From Acidobacteriota bacterium (GTDB taxonomy: Bacteria > Acidobacteriota > UBA6911), in the NCBI GenBank assembly GCA_963664705.1, contig OY761556.1, positions 2,016,001-2,080,000 on the forward strand: a stretch of 64,000 bases of DNA, written 5' to 3'. The position numbers and the translations under genes are program-made. Shown here piece by piece: positions 21,721 through 31,933 of the stretch. Below the pieces are notes generated by a model. That model made no database searches, was not told the origin of the DNA, and saw only the letters and a program-made list of their open reading frames with translations. Within the stretch, counting starts at the first letter, position 1, and the number at the start of each line of letters is the position of its first letter.

Positions 21721-23055
21721 TCATGCGTTAATTCGGATTCCCTTCAAACTGTTAGGGCTGGCACCCGTGACCTCCACCATGATCAACTGGCCCATTAGGT
21801 CTTCCGGTCCGTCAAAATTGACAATCTTGTTCGTTCCGGTACGTCCCATCAGGTTGAAACGGCTTCGAGCTTTGTCTTCGACGAGCACCTCCACGATCCG
21901 GCCCAGATACGCCTTGTTCTTCTCATGCTGAATTCCCTTCTGGCGTTCCTGGAGCAATTGCAGCCGTCTTCCCTTCTCCTCCTCGGGTACATCGTCCGGG
22001 AAGCTCAGTGCCGCAGTATTCGGCCTCGGCGAGTACTTGAAGGAAAAGGCGCTATCGTATTGTACCTCATCGAGCAAACGCAGAGTATCCTCAAAGTCCG
22101 CTTCGGTTTCGCCCGGAAACCCAACAATAAGATCCGTGGAGATGGCAATTTCACGTGTTGCGCCGTGGATTTTTTTGATGACAGCCATATAGCTGTCTCT
22201 CGTGTAACCACGCCGCATGGTTTTCAGGACGCGTGTCGAACCGGATTGAACGGGCAGATGAATCTGGTTGCAGACTTGCGGACAGGTGATCATCACCTCG
22301 AGCAGCTCATCGGTAAAATCGCTGGGGTGCGGAGAGGTGAATCGAATCCTTTTCAGGCCATCGATTCCGCTCATTTTCCGAAGCAGCTTGGCAAAATTCA
22401 ATCCCCCAGGGGTTCTCTCCCGATAGGAATTTACCGTTTGCCCCAACAGCAGGATTTCGAAATAGCCCTTCGCTACCAGTTCTTCCACTTCAGCCAGAAT
22501 GTTCGAACTCGGTCGTACCCGCTCGGCGCCTCGCGTCAGGGGGACAACGCAGAATGCACATTGGCGGCTGCATCCTTCGCTGACCGTGACGCTGGCGCGC
22601 CATGAATTCTGTCGCAGCACATCCGATGTCTCGACCGGCCCGGGATCCTCATCCAGACGCAACTGCACCAGCGGAAACTCGCCACCAAGGCTCCGTTCGA
22701 CGAGATCTCTCATGACGTGCCCCTTTTGAGGACCCGCCAGGATGTTCACGAAGGGTGCCTTTTTGAGGATCTTTTCTCCCTCCAGCTGCGCCATGCAGCC
22801 CACCACGCCAACAACCATATTCTGCCGATGGTTTTTATGGCGCTTGATTTCGCCCAGGCGCGCATAGACTTTCTGGACCGCCTTTTCCCGGACGCTGCAT
22901 GTATTCAGGATAATGACATCCGCTTCCGAGGCATCGACAGCTTGTTCCATGCCACTATTTCGAAGGCTCCCGGCAATCTTCTCGGAATCCAGATCATTCA
23001 TCTGGCAGCCAAAGGTCTCAATCAAATACTTTTTATTCATACGACTAACAGCCAC
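21721..23055 (-). CDS. miaB: tRNA-2-methylthio-N6-dimethylallyladenosine synthase
   Basis: TFGCQMN, NTCSVREKA, radical-SAM CxxxCxxC, TRAM domain. Confidence 0.95.
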   Translation of the reverse strand: MAVSRMNKKYLIETFGCQMNDLDSEKIAGSLRNSGMEQAVDASEADVIILNTCSVREKAVQKVYARLGEIKRHKNHRQNMVVGVVGCMAQLEGEKILKKAPFVNILAGPQKGHVMRDLVERSLGGEFPLVQLRLDEDPGPVETSDVLRQNSWRASVTVSEGCSRQCAFCVVPLTRGAERVRPSSNILAEVEELVAKGYFEILLLGQTVNSYRERTPGGLNFAKLLRKMSGIDGLKRIRFTSPHPSDFTDELLEVMITCPQVCNQIHLPVQSGSTRVLKTMRRGYTRDSYMAVIKKIHGATREIAISTDLIVGFPGETEADFEDTLRLLDEVQYDSAFSFKYSPRPNTAALSFPDDVPEEEKGRRLQLLQERQKGIQHEKNKAYLGRIVEVLVEDKARSRFNLMGRTGTNKIVNFDGPEDLMGQLIMVEVTGASPNSLKGIRINA

Positions 23056-23060
23056 TATTC

Positions 23061-24767
23061 CTATTTCTGAGTTTGCCGCGAGTGCTCGATCATTTCCATT
23101 GCATGTCGGCGTGTGGTTTCGGTGATGGTTTCGCCACCGAGCATTCGTGAGAGTTCCTCAATTCTATCCTTATCGCTGAGTTGCAGCACCACCGTTTCGG
23201 TCCGGTTGCCGACAACCTCTTTGCTGACGTTGAAATGATTGCGGGCAAAGGCTGCAATCTGGGGCAGATGGGTCACACAAAGCACCTGATTCTCTTCCGC
23301 AATGTCCCAGAGCCGCTTCCCCACGGCCTCCGCAACTCTTCCCCCGATCCCGGCGTCCACCTCATCGAATACAAGAGTCCTTCCGGATTCATCTCCGCCG
23401 CAAACCGAGCGGATCGAGAGCATCAAGCGGGACAACTCACCTCCCGAAGCTATCTTCGCAAGCGGTTTCATTTCCTCGCCCTTGTTCGGGGCTATTAAAA
23501 ACTCTACATGGTCGATGCCATTGAGTCCATAAAAAGTCGGAACCTGTGCCTGCACACCGTCATGATTGCGGGGGTGGAACTGCACGCTCATTTCCATGCG
23601 TTCCATTGCGAGGGAAGCAAATTCCCGCCGTATCGCTTTTTCCAGGCCCGCGGCATCCCGTCGACGCTTCTCCGAAAGCTTTTCAGCCAGGGCTTTGTAG
23701 TCATCCAGATCCTGCTGCAGTTCCCGTTGCAGCCTTTCGGCCGAATCCGCATGGCAACCCAACTCATCCAGCTCTTTGATGCAGTTTGCAAGATAGCCCA
23801 GGACATCGGTGGTCGAGCTGGCGTACTTCTTTGTCAGTTTTTCCAGTGCGTATAGCCGTTCTTGCACCTGTTCCAGCCGCTCGGGGCTGAAATCGCAGCC
23901 GGCGGCATAATCCCTGGCGGCAAACGCTACATCCTCGAGCTTGTACCGGCTTTCCTGAAGTGTTTCACGATGAGCGCCCCAGAAAGCATCCAGCCGCGCC
24001 AAATCCTCCATCAGTCTTTCAAGGTGGCTCAGTTGAAGCAGGACAGAAGATTCGCTTTCATACAATGCCGTATAAATCCCGGAAGCAAGACCGAGTATCT
24101 TTTCTCCATTCGCAAGGAGGATCCGCTCATTTTCCAGCGCTTCCTTTTCTCCCGGCTGCGGATTCACGCTGCGGATCTCTTCGATCTGAAACTGAAGAAC
24201 GTCCATGCGGCGCAGACGCTCCTGTTCATTGGTGGCGATGGATTCGAGCATGCGAGCCGTATCGCGAAGCTTCCGGTAGCGGACCTTAACCTCATTCCGC
24301 AGAACAGAGTTGTCGCCATAGGCATCCAGCCACTCGAGATGGGTGGCAAGATCCAAAAGGGTGCGCTGCTCCTGCTGTCCGTGAATATCGGCGAGCTTTT
24401 CGCCAATTTCCTTCAGCGTCGCAACCGTAGCAAGGTGATTATTGAGAAAAACGCGATTTCTCCCGGAGACGGAGATCTCGCGACGGATTAGCAGCGTATT
24501 GTCTTCGGAATCAAAACCGGCATCTGCCAGCATCGCGGAGGCGGGGTGTCCGGATGCAATTTCGAAAAGCCCTTCAACCACCGCACTGTCGCACTCGGAA
24601 CGGATCATTTCCTGGGAAGATCTTGCTCCCAGAAGCAGGCCCAGTGCATCCACAAGGATGGATTTTCCGGAGCCGGTTTCACCGGTCAGCAGGTTCAATC
24701 CGCGGCCGAATTCGATCTCCAGCTCTTTGATCAGGGCCAGATTCCGGATTCGAATCAGACGAAGCAT
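23061..24767 (-). CDS. recN: DNA repair protein RecN
   Basis: TGETGSGKS, ASGGELSR, FDEVDAGIGG, VTHLPQIAA. Confidence 0.97.
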   Translation of the reverse strand: MLRLIRIRNLALIKELEIEFGRGLNLLTGETGSGKSILVDALGLLLGARSSQEMIRSECDSAVVEGLFEIASGHPASAMLADAGFDSEDNTLLIRREISVSGRNRVFLNNHLATVATLKEIGEKLADIHGQQEQRTLLDLATHLEWLDAYGDNSVLRNEVKVRYRKLRDTARMLESIATNEQERLRRMDVLQFQIEEIRSVNPQPGEKEALENERILLANGEKILGLASGIYTALYESESSVLLQLSHLERLMEDLARLDAFWGAHRETLQESRYKLEDVAFAARDYAAGCDFSPERLEQVQERLYALEKLTKKYASSTTDVLGYLANCIKELDELGCHADSAERLQRELQQDLDDYKALAEKLSEKRRRDAAGLEKAIRREFASLAMERMEMSVQFHPRNHDGVQAQVPTFYGLNGIDHVEFLIAPNKGEEMKPLAKIASGGELSRLMLSIRSVCGGDESGRTLVFDEVDAGIGGRVAEAVGKRLWDIAEENQVLCVTHLPQIAAFARNHFNVSKEVVGNRTETVVLQLSDKDRIEELSRMLGGETITETTRRHAMEMIEHSRQTQK

Positions 24768-24962
24768 CGGCTAAAAACCCTATTAAAGTTTATGGGTAAC
24801 GCGCGATCCGCAGTCTACCATATTTGGCCATCAGTCGTCAGTGGGGATGAACCGCACAGTTGTTTTGGATCTATCCAGCGACTGCTGACGTATATTCATA
24901 TTCGGAATATCGAACGGCAAGCCTTGCTGACAACCGTCCGCTGACGGCTGAGAACTATTGAC

Positions 24963-25751
24963 ATGCCCGGCATCCTATGGTTACTTCTGGAATTTATTAT
25001 TCACTATTTTCGCGGAGGGACTCCAATCATCCACCCACATACAGTTCTTTTTCAAGTACCACCCTCAACCCCGTTCGGCGGTTCGATCTTTGGTATGATT
25101 GGGCACATCAGCGGGGTTGCACTTTGCATCCTTATCCTGCTCGTGGCATTCTCCATTTTTTCCTGGACGATCATTCTGAGAAAGTGGCTGACATTCCGCC
25201 AGATTGAGCAGAAAAACCAGGCTTTTATCAGCCTGTTCCGGAAAAGCGCGCGGCTCAGCGAAGTGGGCTCCGCCTGCGAAATGTACCGCGGTACGCCTTT
25301 GTCCGGGATTTTCAGCGCCGGGTACCAGGAACTCAACGCGCAGATTCAAACGCTCGGTGCGCAGAAAACCGATCGACCGGTGCTCGTCGAACGGAACTTT
25401 ATCGGAATCCAGAGATCGCTTCAGCGAGCTGCCGCCGCCGAACTGTCGGTCATTGAACGCAGCATGAGCTGGCTGGCAACAACCGGTGCCGTAACCCCCT
25501 TTGTCGGCCTGCTCGGCACCGTGATCGGAATCATGAGCGCATTTCTGGGCCTTGGCGAAGGCACGACGTCGATTCAAGCCGTGGCGCCTGGCATTGCCGA
25601 AGCCCTGATCGCTACGGCCATGGGGCTCTTTGCCGCTATTCCAGCCGTCATCGCGTATAACCAGTTCATCAGCAGGATAAAAAACATTGCGGTTGAAATG
25701 GACGATTTCTCCTCCGAATTCCTGAATCTCGTAGAACGGAGCTTCAGCTGA
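24963..25751 (+). CDS. tolQ: TolQ (MotA/TolQ/ExbB family)
   Basis: LATTGAVTPFVGLLGTV, VAPGIAEALIATAMGL; first gene of the tol-pal operon. True start uncertain. Confidence 0.88.
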   Translation: MPGILWLLLEFIIHYFRGGTPIIHPHTVLFQVPPSTPFGGSIFGMIGHISGVALCILILLVAFSIFSWTIILRKWLTFRQIEQKNQAFISLFRKSARLSEVGSACEMYRGTPLSGIFSAGYQELNAQIQTLGAQKTDRPVLVERNFIGIQRSLQRAAAAELSVIERSMSWLATTGAVTPFVGLLGTVIGIMSAFLGLGEGTTSIQAVAPGIAEALIATAMGLFAAIPAVIAYNQFISRIKNIAVEMDDFSSEFLNLVERSFS

Positions 25752-25752
25752 C

Positions 25753-26181
25753 ATGGCCTTCACGACATCGCAAGGAAAAACTGCTACGTCCCTGTCGGAA
25801 ATCAATGTGACACCCCTGGTGGATGTCATGCTGGTGCTGCTCATCATATTCATGGTGACGGCTCCGATGTTGCAGACGGGAATAGAGGTGCAGCTTCCGG
25901 AAACCAGAAATGTTAAAGAAGTGAATCCGGAGCAGCGAATCATCATTTCTATCAGCCGCGATGGGCTCATTTACTATGGAGCGGATGCAATCAAGTTTGC
26001 GTCCATTCCGGGGCGCTTGAAAAAGGATGCCAAAGGCCCGAAGGATGCCATCTTTTTAAGAGCGGACATCGATGTGAAATGGAAGTATATCGTTTCCGTA
26101 ATTGATGCCATTCGCGGTGCGGGCTATAACGAGATTCGTCTGGTTACAAAGCCATTTACCAAAGAAGCAACAAACCGATAG
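25753..26181 (+). CDS. tolR: TolR (ExbD/TolR family)
   Basis: SEINVTPLVDVMLVLLIIFMVTAP. Confidence 0.9.
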   Translation: MAFTTSQGKTATSLSEINVTPLVDVMLVLLIIFMVTAPMLQTGIEVQLPETRNVKEVNPEQRIIISISRDGLIYYGADAIKFASIPGRLKKDAKGPKDAIFLRADIDVKWKYIVSVIDAIRGAGYNEIRLVTKPFTKEATNR

Positions 26182-26196
26182 GGCTTCTGATCCGAA

Positions 26197-26994
26197 ATGG
26201 ATAATGATAACCGCAGGGAAACACTGCTGAATATCCCGCTTATCCAGGAGCGCTATGGGAAGTTCTTTATCGCCTCTCTGGGAATCCACGGCATCGTGAT
26301 TCTGATGTTGATTTTCGGCGGATATCTGCTTCCTTCAAATCCTATTATGATCGGCGGCGGTGTGGGGGGCGGGACTGGCGGTGACACCACAACCGTCGGG
26401 GTCGTGGATGAGCTTTCCGGGGGCGCCGGCATGTATAAACCCTCGATTGTTCCCCGTCCGCCGGCTCTTAAGGAAAAGCCCGAACCGAAGGATGAATCCA
26501 AGGCCATTCCACTTCCGCACACTTTGGAATCAAAAAAGAAAAAGCCGGACACCGCGAGAGAAACAAAACCGGCTCCCGATTCCAATGCAATACCGACCGC
26601 TCCGGAACCAGGCTCCGGGGGCGCCGGAGGTCATAGCGGAGGCAGTGGTGGCGGCTTCGGAGGAGGCAGCGGTGTTTCAATTGGCCCGGGATCCGGCGCC
26701 TTTGGGGATTCCATGTATGCGCGGACCGTTGAAAAGAGAATCAGCGATGCCTGGCAAAAGCCGCCCGATAACGTGCACGTCGAAATTGTTTTTAGTTTCC
26801 TCATCCTTGCGAATGGCAAAGTCACAAACATCAAGATGGAAAAATCGTCGGGGAATCCGACTCTGGATAGGTATGCCGAACGCGCGATACTCGACTTGAC
26901 CAATCCACAACGCCCGCTGCCGGCTCCACCGCCGGAATACAGGGGGCGCCCGATAACGTTCGTTGCACAGTTTATCTATCCACCGAGCCAATGA
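26197..26994 (+). CDS. TolA/TonB-like energy transducer
   Basis: N-terminal TM with SxxxH, Pro/Gly-rich linker, TonB-C-like SSGNPTLD; sits between tolR and tolB. Confidence 0.82.
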   Translation: MDNDNRRETLLNIPLIQERYGKFFIASLGIHGIVILMLIFGGYLLPSNPIMIGGGVGGGTGGDTTTVGVVDELSGGAGMYKPSIVPRPPALKEKPEPKDESKAIPLPHTLESKKKKPDTARETKPAPDSNAIPTAPEPGSGGAGGHSGGSGGGFGGGSGVSIGPGSGAFGDSMYARTVEKRISDAWQKPPDNVHVEIVFSFLILANGKVTNIKMEKSSGNPTLDRYAERAILDLTNPQRPLPAPPPEYRGRPITFVAQFIYPPSQ

Positions 26995-27014
26995 TCAGTT
27001 TACAAAGGAAAAAA

Positions 27015-28361
27015 ATGGCCGCCAAAATAGTGACATTCACGCTGCTGATCCTCAGCACTGTGCTGCCCTCTCTGTTCACGCAGGATCTCCCGCCGGTAAC
27101 CGTTCGTCCGAAACCAAACGAAGAAGTGATTCTTGCGGTTGTGGATGTTCAGCCTGCCAATAGAGAAAACTCAACCGAGCTTTCGGAGATCATCAAGACC
27201 TTCAATCAGGTTCTATGGGATGATCTCTCGTTTGCCGGGTATTTTACGATGGCCGGCCGCAGTTTTTACCCTCCCAAGCCCATCATTCGGCCGGAGGATC
27301 TGAATTATGACGAGTGGGGCAGTCTGCCGTTCAAAGTGAGCTACCTGTCGGCGGGAACCCTGAATATCACGGGTGGAACCCTCCGGGCAGAGCTTCGCAT
27401 CTTTGACATGAAGGGCCGGCAACCGGGCCCCGGGCAGATCATTACCGGAGATCCGGCTCAGATCCGGACAATCGCTCACCGCTGGGCGGATGAGATCGTT
27501 TATCAGTTGACCGCCGGAGCATCCAGAGGTATCGCATCCACGAAGATTGCCTATGTTTCCAGGAAAGGAAATGCCAAGGAGATCTACATCGCCGATTATG
27601 ACGGGTTTAATGCCCAGGCATTCACCCATAGCGGGACGCTGAATCTGTTTCCGAACTGGGCTCCCGACAACTCCAAGTTGGCGTTTGTCACCTATCGCAC
27701 CGGCAAGCCCGAAATCAACATCTATTCATATCTGGATGGCTCCAGGCTTCAATTCCCGATCTTCAACTCGCTGGCCTCAACCCCGGCCATAGCCCCGGAC
27801 GGAACCGAAATCGCCTATGCGCTCAGAACGCCGCGTGGGGATACTGATCTGTATATTTCAAAACTGGATGGCTCCGACCGGAGGGACATTACCAACAACC
27901 CCTCTATCGATACTTCCCCAACATGGTCCCCATCAGGACGTCAGATAGCTTTTGCCACTGACAGGATCCAGACAGGGGCGACCCAGATTCACATCTGTGA
28001 TGTCGACGGCACCAACGTAAGGAGAATTGTCAAAGAAGGTGGAGACTCCGATTCCCCGGCATGGTCTCCGGACGGAAAGTTTATTGCGTTTCACTGGAAG
28101 CCGCGGCTGAGCACCAGCTACGACATCTTCATTGCCGAGGTCAGCACCGGGAGGATCCGTCAACTGACCAGCGGCAGCGGCAGCAACGAGGGACCGACCT
28201 GGGCGCCAGATAGCCGGCATATTTCCTTTCAATCGAATCGTACGGGAACGACTCAGCTTTATATTATGCTTTTGGATGGATCCGAGCTCCGCATGATAAC
28301 CAAGCAGGGGAATAACAGCAGCCCCGCGTGGAGCGGCTATTTCCGTTCCGCGGAAAAATAG
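27015..28361 (+). CDS. tolB: Tol-Pal beta-propeller protein TolB
   Basis: AHRWADEIV, TKIAYVS, repeated PxWSPDG motifs. Confidence 0.92.
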   Translation: MAAKIVTFTLLILSTVLPSLFTQDLPPVTVRPKPNEEVILAVVDVQPANRENSTELSEIIKTFNQVLWDDLSFAGYFTMAGRSFYPPKPIIRPEDLNYDEWGSLPFKVSYLSAGTLNITGGTLRAELRIFDMKGRQPGPGQIITGDPAQIRTIAHRWADEIVYQLTAGASRGIASTKIAYVSRKGNAKEIYIADYDGFNAQAFTHSGTLNLFPNWAPDNSKLAFVTYRTGKPEINIYSYLDGSRLQFPIFNSLASTPAIAPDGTEIAYALRTPRGDTDLYISKLDGSDRRDITNNPSIDTSPTWSPSGRQIAFATDRIQTGATQIHICDVDGTNVRRIVKEGGDSDSPAWSPDGKFIAFHWKPRLSTSYDIFIAEVSTGRIRQLTSGSGSNEGPTWAPDSRHISFQSNRTGTTQLYIMLLDGSELRMITKQGNNSSPAWSGYFRSAEK

Positions 28362-28501
28362 TGAATTTTCTGACGATGTGTTTTCCGGCATCGGGCTGCG
28401 TGCTATACTCCGATTGATCGGATATAAATCCGTATCCGGGAGCACTGCTATTAATCAAACCTCGACGAAAACCAGAAACACGTGATGAAGGAGATACCGC
28501 A

Positions 28502-29269
28502 ATGAGAAGCTCATTGTACAGGTTCACTGCCGCGGTCATCGTTCTGACGGCTTTGATGCTTTCTGGAACGAGCTGCAGAAAGAATCCCCCAGTTCAACCG
28601 CCTGCCCCGGCGAAAGAGACGCCTCCACCGCCTCCTGCGCCGCCGACTCCGGCTCCCACGATTTCCTTGAGTGCGTCTCCATCCGCCATTGAGCGAGGAC
28701 AGTCTGCAACGCTTTCATGGAATTCCACCAACGCCACGGGCATAACCATCGATAATGGCGTGGGGACCGTCGAAGCCTCCGGCAGCCGTGCGGTACGGCC
28801 GCAATCTTCCACGACGTACATGATTCGTGCAACCGGCCCCGGCGGCAATGCTGTGGCCGAGGCCAGAGTCACGGTCACGGTTCCAACCGTCGTTACACCA
28901 CCGCAGCCTCAGCCCATTAGCGACACCGAGTTCTTCACCTCGAGTATCAAGGATGCCTTCTTTGATTATGATCAATACAGCATCCGTGAGGATGCCAGGC
29001 AAGCTTTGATGGCTGATGCCCGCGCATTGGCGCAAAGACCTGGAATCCGGATAACGATTGAAGGGCATGCCGATGAGCGCGGGTCCGAGAAATACAATCT
29101 CGCACTCGGCGACCGAAGAGCCAATGCGGCGAAGGAATTTCTGGTCAGCCAGGGAGTCGATGCCAGCCGTATTGATACCACTTCGTACGGCAAAGAGCGG
29201 AATTTCTGTGAAGAGCATACCGAGGAATGCTGGCAGCTGAACCGCCGCGCTCATCTGGTAATGCGCTAA
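28502..29269 (+). CDS. pal: peptidoglycan-associated lipoprotein with extra beta domain
   Basis: Lipobox-like GTSC; IEGHADERGS..YNLALG.RRA; SYGKE; NRRA. Confidence 0.92.
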   Translation: MRSSLYRFTAAVIVLTALMLSGTSCRKNPPVQPPAPAKETPPPPPAPPTPAPTISLSASPSAIERGQSATLSWNSTNATGITIDNGVGTVEASGSRAVRPQSSTTYMIRATGPGGNAVAEARVTVTVPTVVTPPQPQPISDTEFFTSSIKDAFFDYDQYSIREDARQALMADARALAQRPGIRITIEGHADERGSEKYNLALGDRRANAAKEFLVSQGVDASRIDTTSYGKERNFCEEHTEECWQLNRRAHLVMR

Positions 29270-29303
29270 GCAAGGATACTGGTTTGAAATCGCGGGAGGG
29301 CGG

Positions 29304-29336
29304 AAGGACTGCCGCAACAGTACTTCGGCCCTCCCT
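29304..29336 (+). terminator. GC-rich hairpin after pal
   Basis: GGGAGGGC...GCCCTCCC stem; weak U tail. Confidence 0.4.
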
Positions 29337-29401
29337 GTCCATTACCCCGTCAATCTGTGCCATAATACTGTGTGCAATCCCTGTTCAATAGGAGAAAGCG
29401 C

Positions 29402-30244
29402 ATGAAGCGAACACTGATTTTTTGCCTGCCCGTATTCCTGCTGTGCATCCTTCAGGCAGCATCGGCCGGCACAAGAGAGGATCTCCTGCGTTTGCAGAGC
29501 GATGTCAATGCGATGCAGGCTCAGATCCGAGACATTGATAGGAAGTTTGACGAACGCTACGATGGCATAAAAAGCCTGGTGGTCCAGCTGAACGACCAGG
29601 TGGCTAAATCGAGCCTGATATTGGATCGAATTGCCAGATCGCTCGAATCCCAGGCCGCCGGTACAAAGTCCAATGACCAGGCATTTTTGCAGGAGGTGCA
29701 TAACCTGTCGCTAAAGATGGACGATGTTACAACCCGCTTGTCCGCTCTGGCGCAACAGGTCAACGATTTGAAAGTGCAGGCCAAAGCGATAGCGACGGAG
29801 CCGGCAGCCAATTCGGTTGTTTCGCCACAATCGATCTTCGATCAGGCCTACAGTGATTACGTCCAGGGGAATTTCGATCTCGCAGCACAGGGTTTCTCGG
29901 ACTATCTGCGGAATAATCCGGCTTCAGACAAAACCGCGGCCGCGCAGTTTTATCTTGGCGACTCCTATGCACAACAGAGCAAAATATCTCAGGCTATCAC
30001 CGCCTTCACGCGGGTCATCAATGATTTCCCCGATGCAGAACAGGCAGCCAGCGCTTTGTATAAACGTGGAAGGGCTGAACTGCAGATGAAGGAAAGCGAC
30101 AACGCCATCGCCGATTTCAGGGCGGTGGTCGACAAATTCCCCGCTGCGCCCGAAGCGGAGCGGGCAAAAGACGAACTCCGGAAGTTGGGTGTCAGCATTA
30201 CCAAACCGGCAGCTGCCAAAGAGCCGCGCCGGCGATCAAAGTGA
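29402..30244 (+). CDS. cpoB: CpoB/YbgF coiled-coil plus TPR protein
   Basis: Signal peptide, coiled coil and TPR repeats ([15 protein letters not shown]); follows pal. Confidence 0.85.
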   Translation: MKRTLIFCLPVFLLCILQAASAGTREDLLRLQSDVNAMQAQIRDIDRKFDERYDGIKSLVVQLNDQVAKSSLILDRIARSLESQAAGTKSNDQAFLQEVHNLSLKMDDVTTRLSALAQQVNDLKVQAKAIATEPAANSVVSPQSIFDQAYSDYVQGNFDLAAQGFSDYLRNNPASDKTAAAQFYLGDSYAQQSKISQAITAFTRVINDFPDAEQAASALYKRGRAELQMKESDNAIADFRAVVDKFPAAPEAERAKDELRKLGVSITKPAAAKEPRRRSK

Positions 30245-30254
30245 GGTACACATA

Positions 30255-30698
30255 ATGGCTTCTCTGAACAAAGTTCTGCTCATCGGACATCTTGGAAAAG
30301 ATCCTGAAGTCCGCTATACGCCGGATGGTGCCGCTGTTGCTTCCTTCAGCCTCGCAACCAGCGAGGTGTTTAATGACAAGAATGGCACGCGCCAGGAGCG
30401 CACCGAGTGGCACAGGATCTCTGCCTGGGGCAAGCTGGCCGATATCTGCAAACAGTATCTTGCCAAAGGACGGCAGGTTTACATCGAGGGACGTATTCGA
30501 ACCCGCGAATATACGGATCGCGAAGGAATTAAGCGATATGCGACCGAAATTGTCGCCAACCAGATGATTATGCTGGGCGGACGTCCCCAAGGCGGAGAAG
30601 CGGGATACCAGTCCGGTACATCCGTCGCCAGACCGGTCGCAGATGCCGACCAGGCCTTCGGCGATCCGGGAATCACCGATAGCGATATTCCCTTTTAA
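30255..30698 (+). CDS. ssb: single-stranded DNA-binding protein
   Basis: [23 protein letters not shown]-terminal DIPF. Confidence 0.97.
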   Translation: MASLNKVLLIGHLGKDPEVRYTPDGAAVASFSLATSEVFNDKNGTRQERTEWHRISAWGKLADICKQYLAKGRQVYIEGRIRTREYTDREGIKRYATEIVANQMIMLGGRPQGGEAGYQSGTSVARPVADADQAFGDPGITDSDIPF

Positions 30699-30704
30699 TA
30701 CCTG

Positions 30705-30741
30705 CGGGAGGGAGAGTGCATTCCGGTCCTCCCCCTCCCGC
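30705..30741 (+). terminator. hairpin after ssb
   Basis: GCGGGAGGG...CCCTCCCGC stem. Confidence 0.45.
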
Positions 30742-30767
30742 GTCATTTATTAGCAAGGCGGTTGTGC

Positions 30768-31820
30768 GTGTCAAAGGATTCCAAGCAAAAAAGACTGACC
30801 GAGTGCAGCAGTGCCGGTGGTTGAGCCAGCAAAATGAGTCCGGCGGTGCTGGACAAAGTTTTATCAAAGCTTCCACGCCAGGAGGACCCGCGTCTGCTGG
30901 TGGGCTTTGGAAAAAAGGATGATGCCGGAGTTTATCTTCTTCATGATGGACTCGCCCTGGTACAGACAACCGATTTCTTCACCCCTATCATCGACGATCC
31001 TTATCAGTACGGACAGATAGCCGCCGCCAATTCCCTTTCCGATGTCTATGCCATGGGGGGGCGTCCCATTACTGCCCTCTCCATAGTCTGTTATCCCGAA
31101 GACGGCGATCTCGAGATGCTCGAGCAAATCCTGGTCGGCGGCATGGACAAGATGATTGAAGCCGGCTGCACGGTAGTCGGCGGCCACATGGTGCGCGACG
31201 CCGAAGTTAAATTCGGCTACGCCGTCACCGGCACCGTTGATCCCAAGAACGTATGGACCAATGCCGGCTCTCATCCGGGGGATGTGCTGCTTTTAACCAA
31301 ACCTCTCGGCACTGGAGTGATCGCGACTGCTATTCGCGCCGGGAAATCCGAACCTGAATGGACCCAGGCTGCCATAGATGTAATGCGCCAACTGAATAAG
31401 GACGCGGCCATTGCTCTCGACGCGGTGAAGGATTCCATCCATGCGGTCACCGATATAACGGGATTCGGCTTCATCGGCCACACTCTCGAAATGGCGACCG
31501 GAAGCGAAGTCAGCATTCGCATCGAAAGCGGCAGCATCAGGCTGATTCCAGGAGCGATGGAGTGCGTGCGGCTGGGGTGCATCGCCGGCGGACTGAAAAA
31601 GAACCGCGCTTTTGTCGGCGCCGATGTGCAGTTCGCGGACGGAGTTTCTCCGGAATTGCAGCAACTGCTGTTCGATCCGCAGACATCCGGCGGACTGCTG
31701 ATCTCCATTCAGCCGGAAGCGGCGGAAGAAGCTTCCCGGTTGCTGGAAGCCGCCGGCTGCCAGGCCATGCGCATTGGCACCGCCATCGAAAAGATGGCTT
31801 TTCCCGTCCTGGTCATCTGA
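30768..31820 (+). CDS. selD: selenide, water dikinase, selenocysteine-containing (UGA at 30822-30824)
   Basis: In frame from GTG 30768: RLTECSSAGG-UGA-ASKMSP, matching the SelD C/U-x-x-K motif; also DDAGVY, TTDFFTP, AANSLSDVYAMGG, DPQTSGGLL. Confidence 0.93.
30838..30854 (+). promoter_or_regulatory. bacterial SECIS-like hairpin of selD
   Basis: GUCCGGC-GGU-GCUGGAC stem-loop starting 13 nt after the UGA. Confidence 0.65.
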
Positions 31821-31933
31821 TCCTTTGGGAATATTCGACCGGGACCGTCTGCGCCTCGGCGAGCATCTCGCCGGCAAAATCCCAGTTGTGTCCACGACAC
31901 TGATGCCGCCGCGACGGCGACGGTTCCTGCATG

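Noticed and set aside
26353-26700. Gly-rich low-complexity repeats
   Set aside because: Coding linker of the TolA-like protein.
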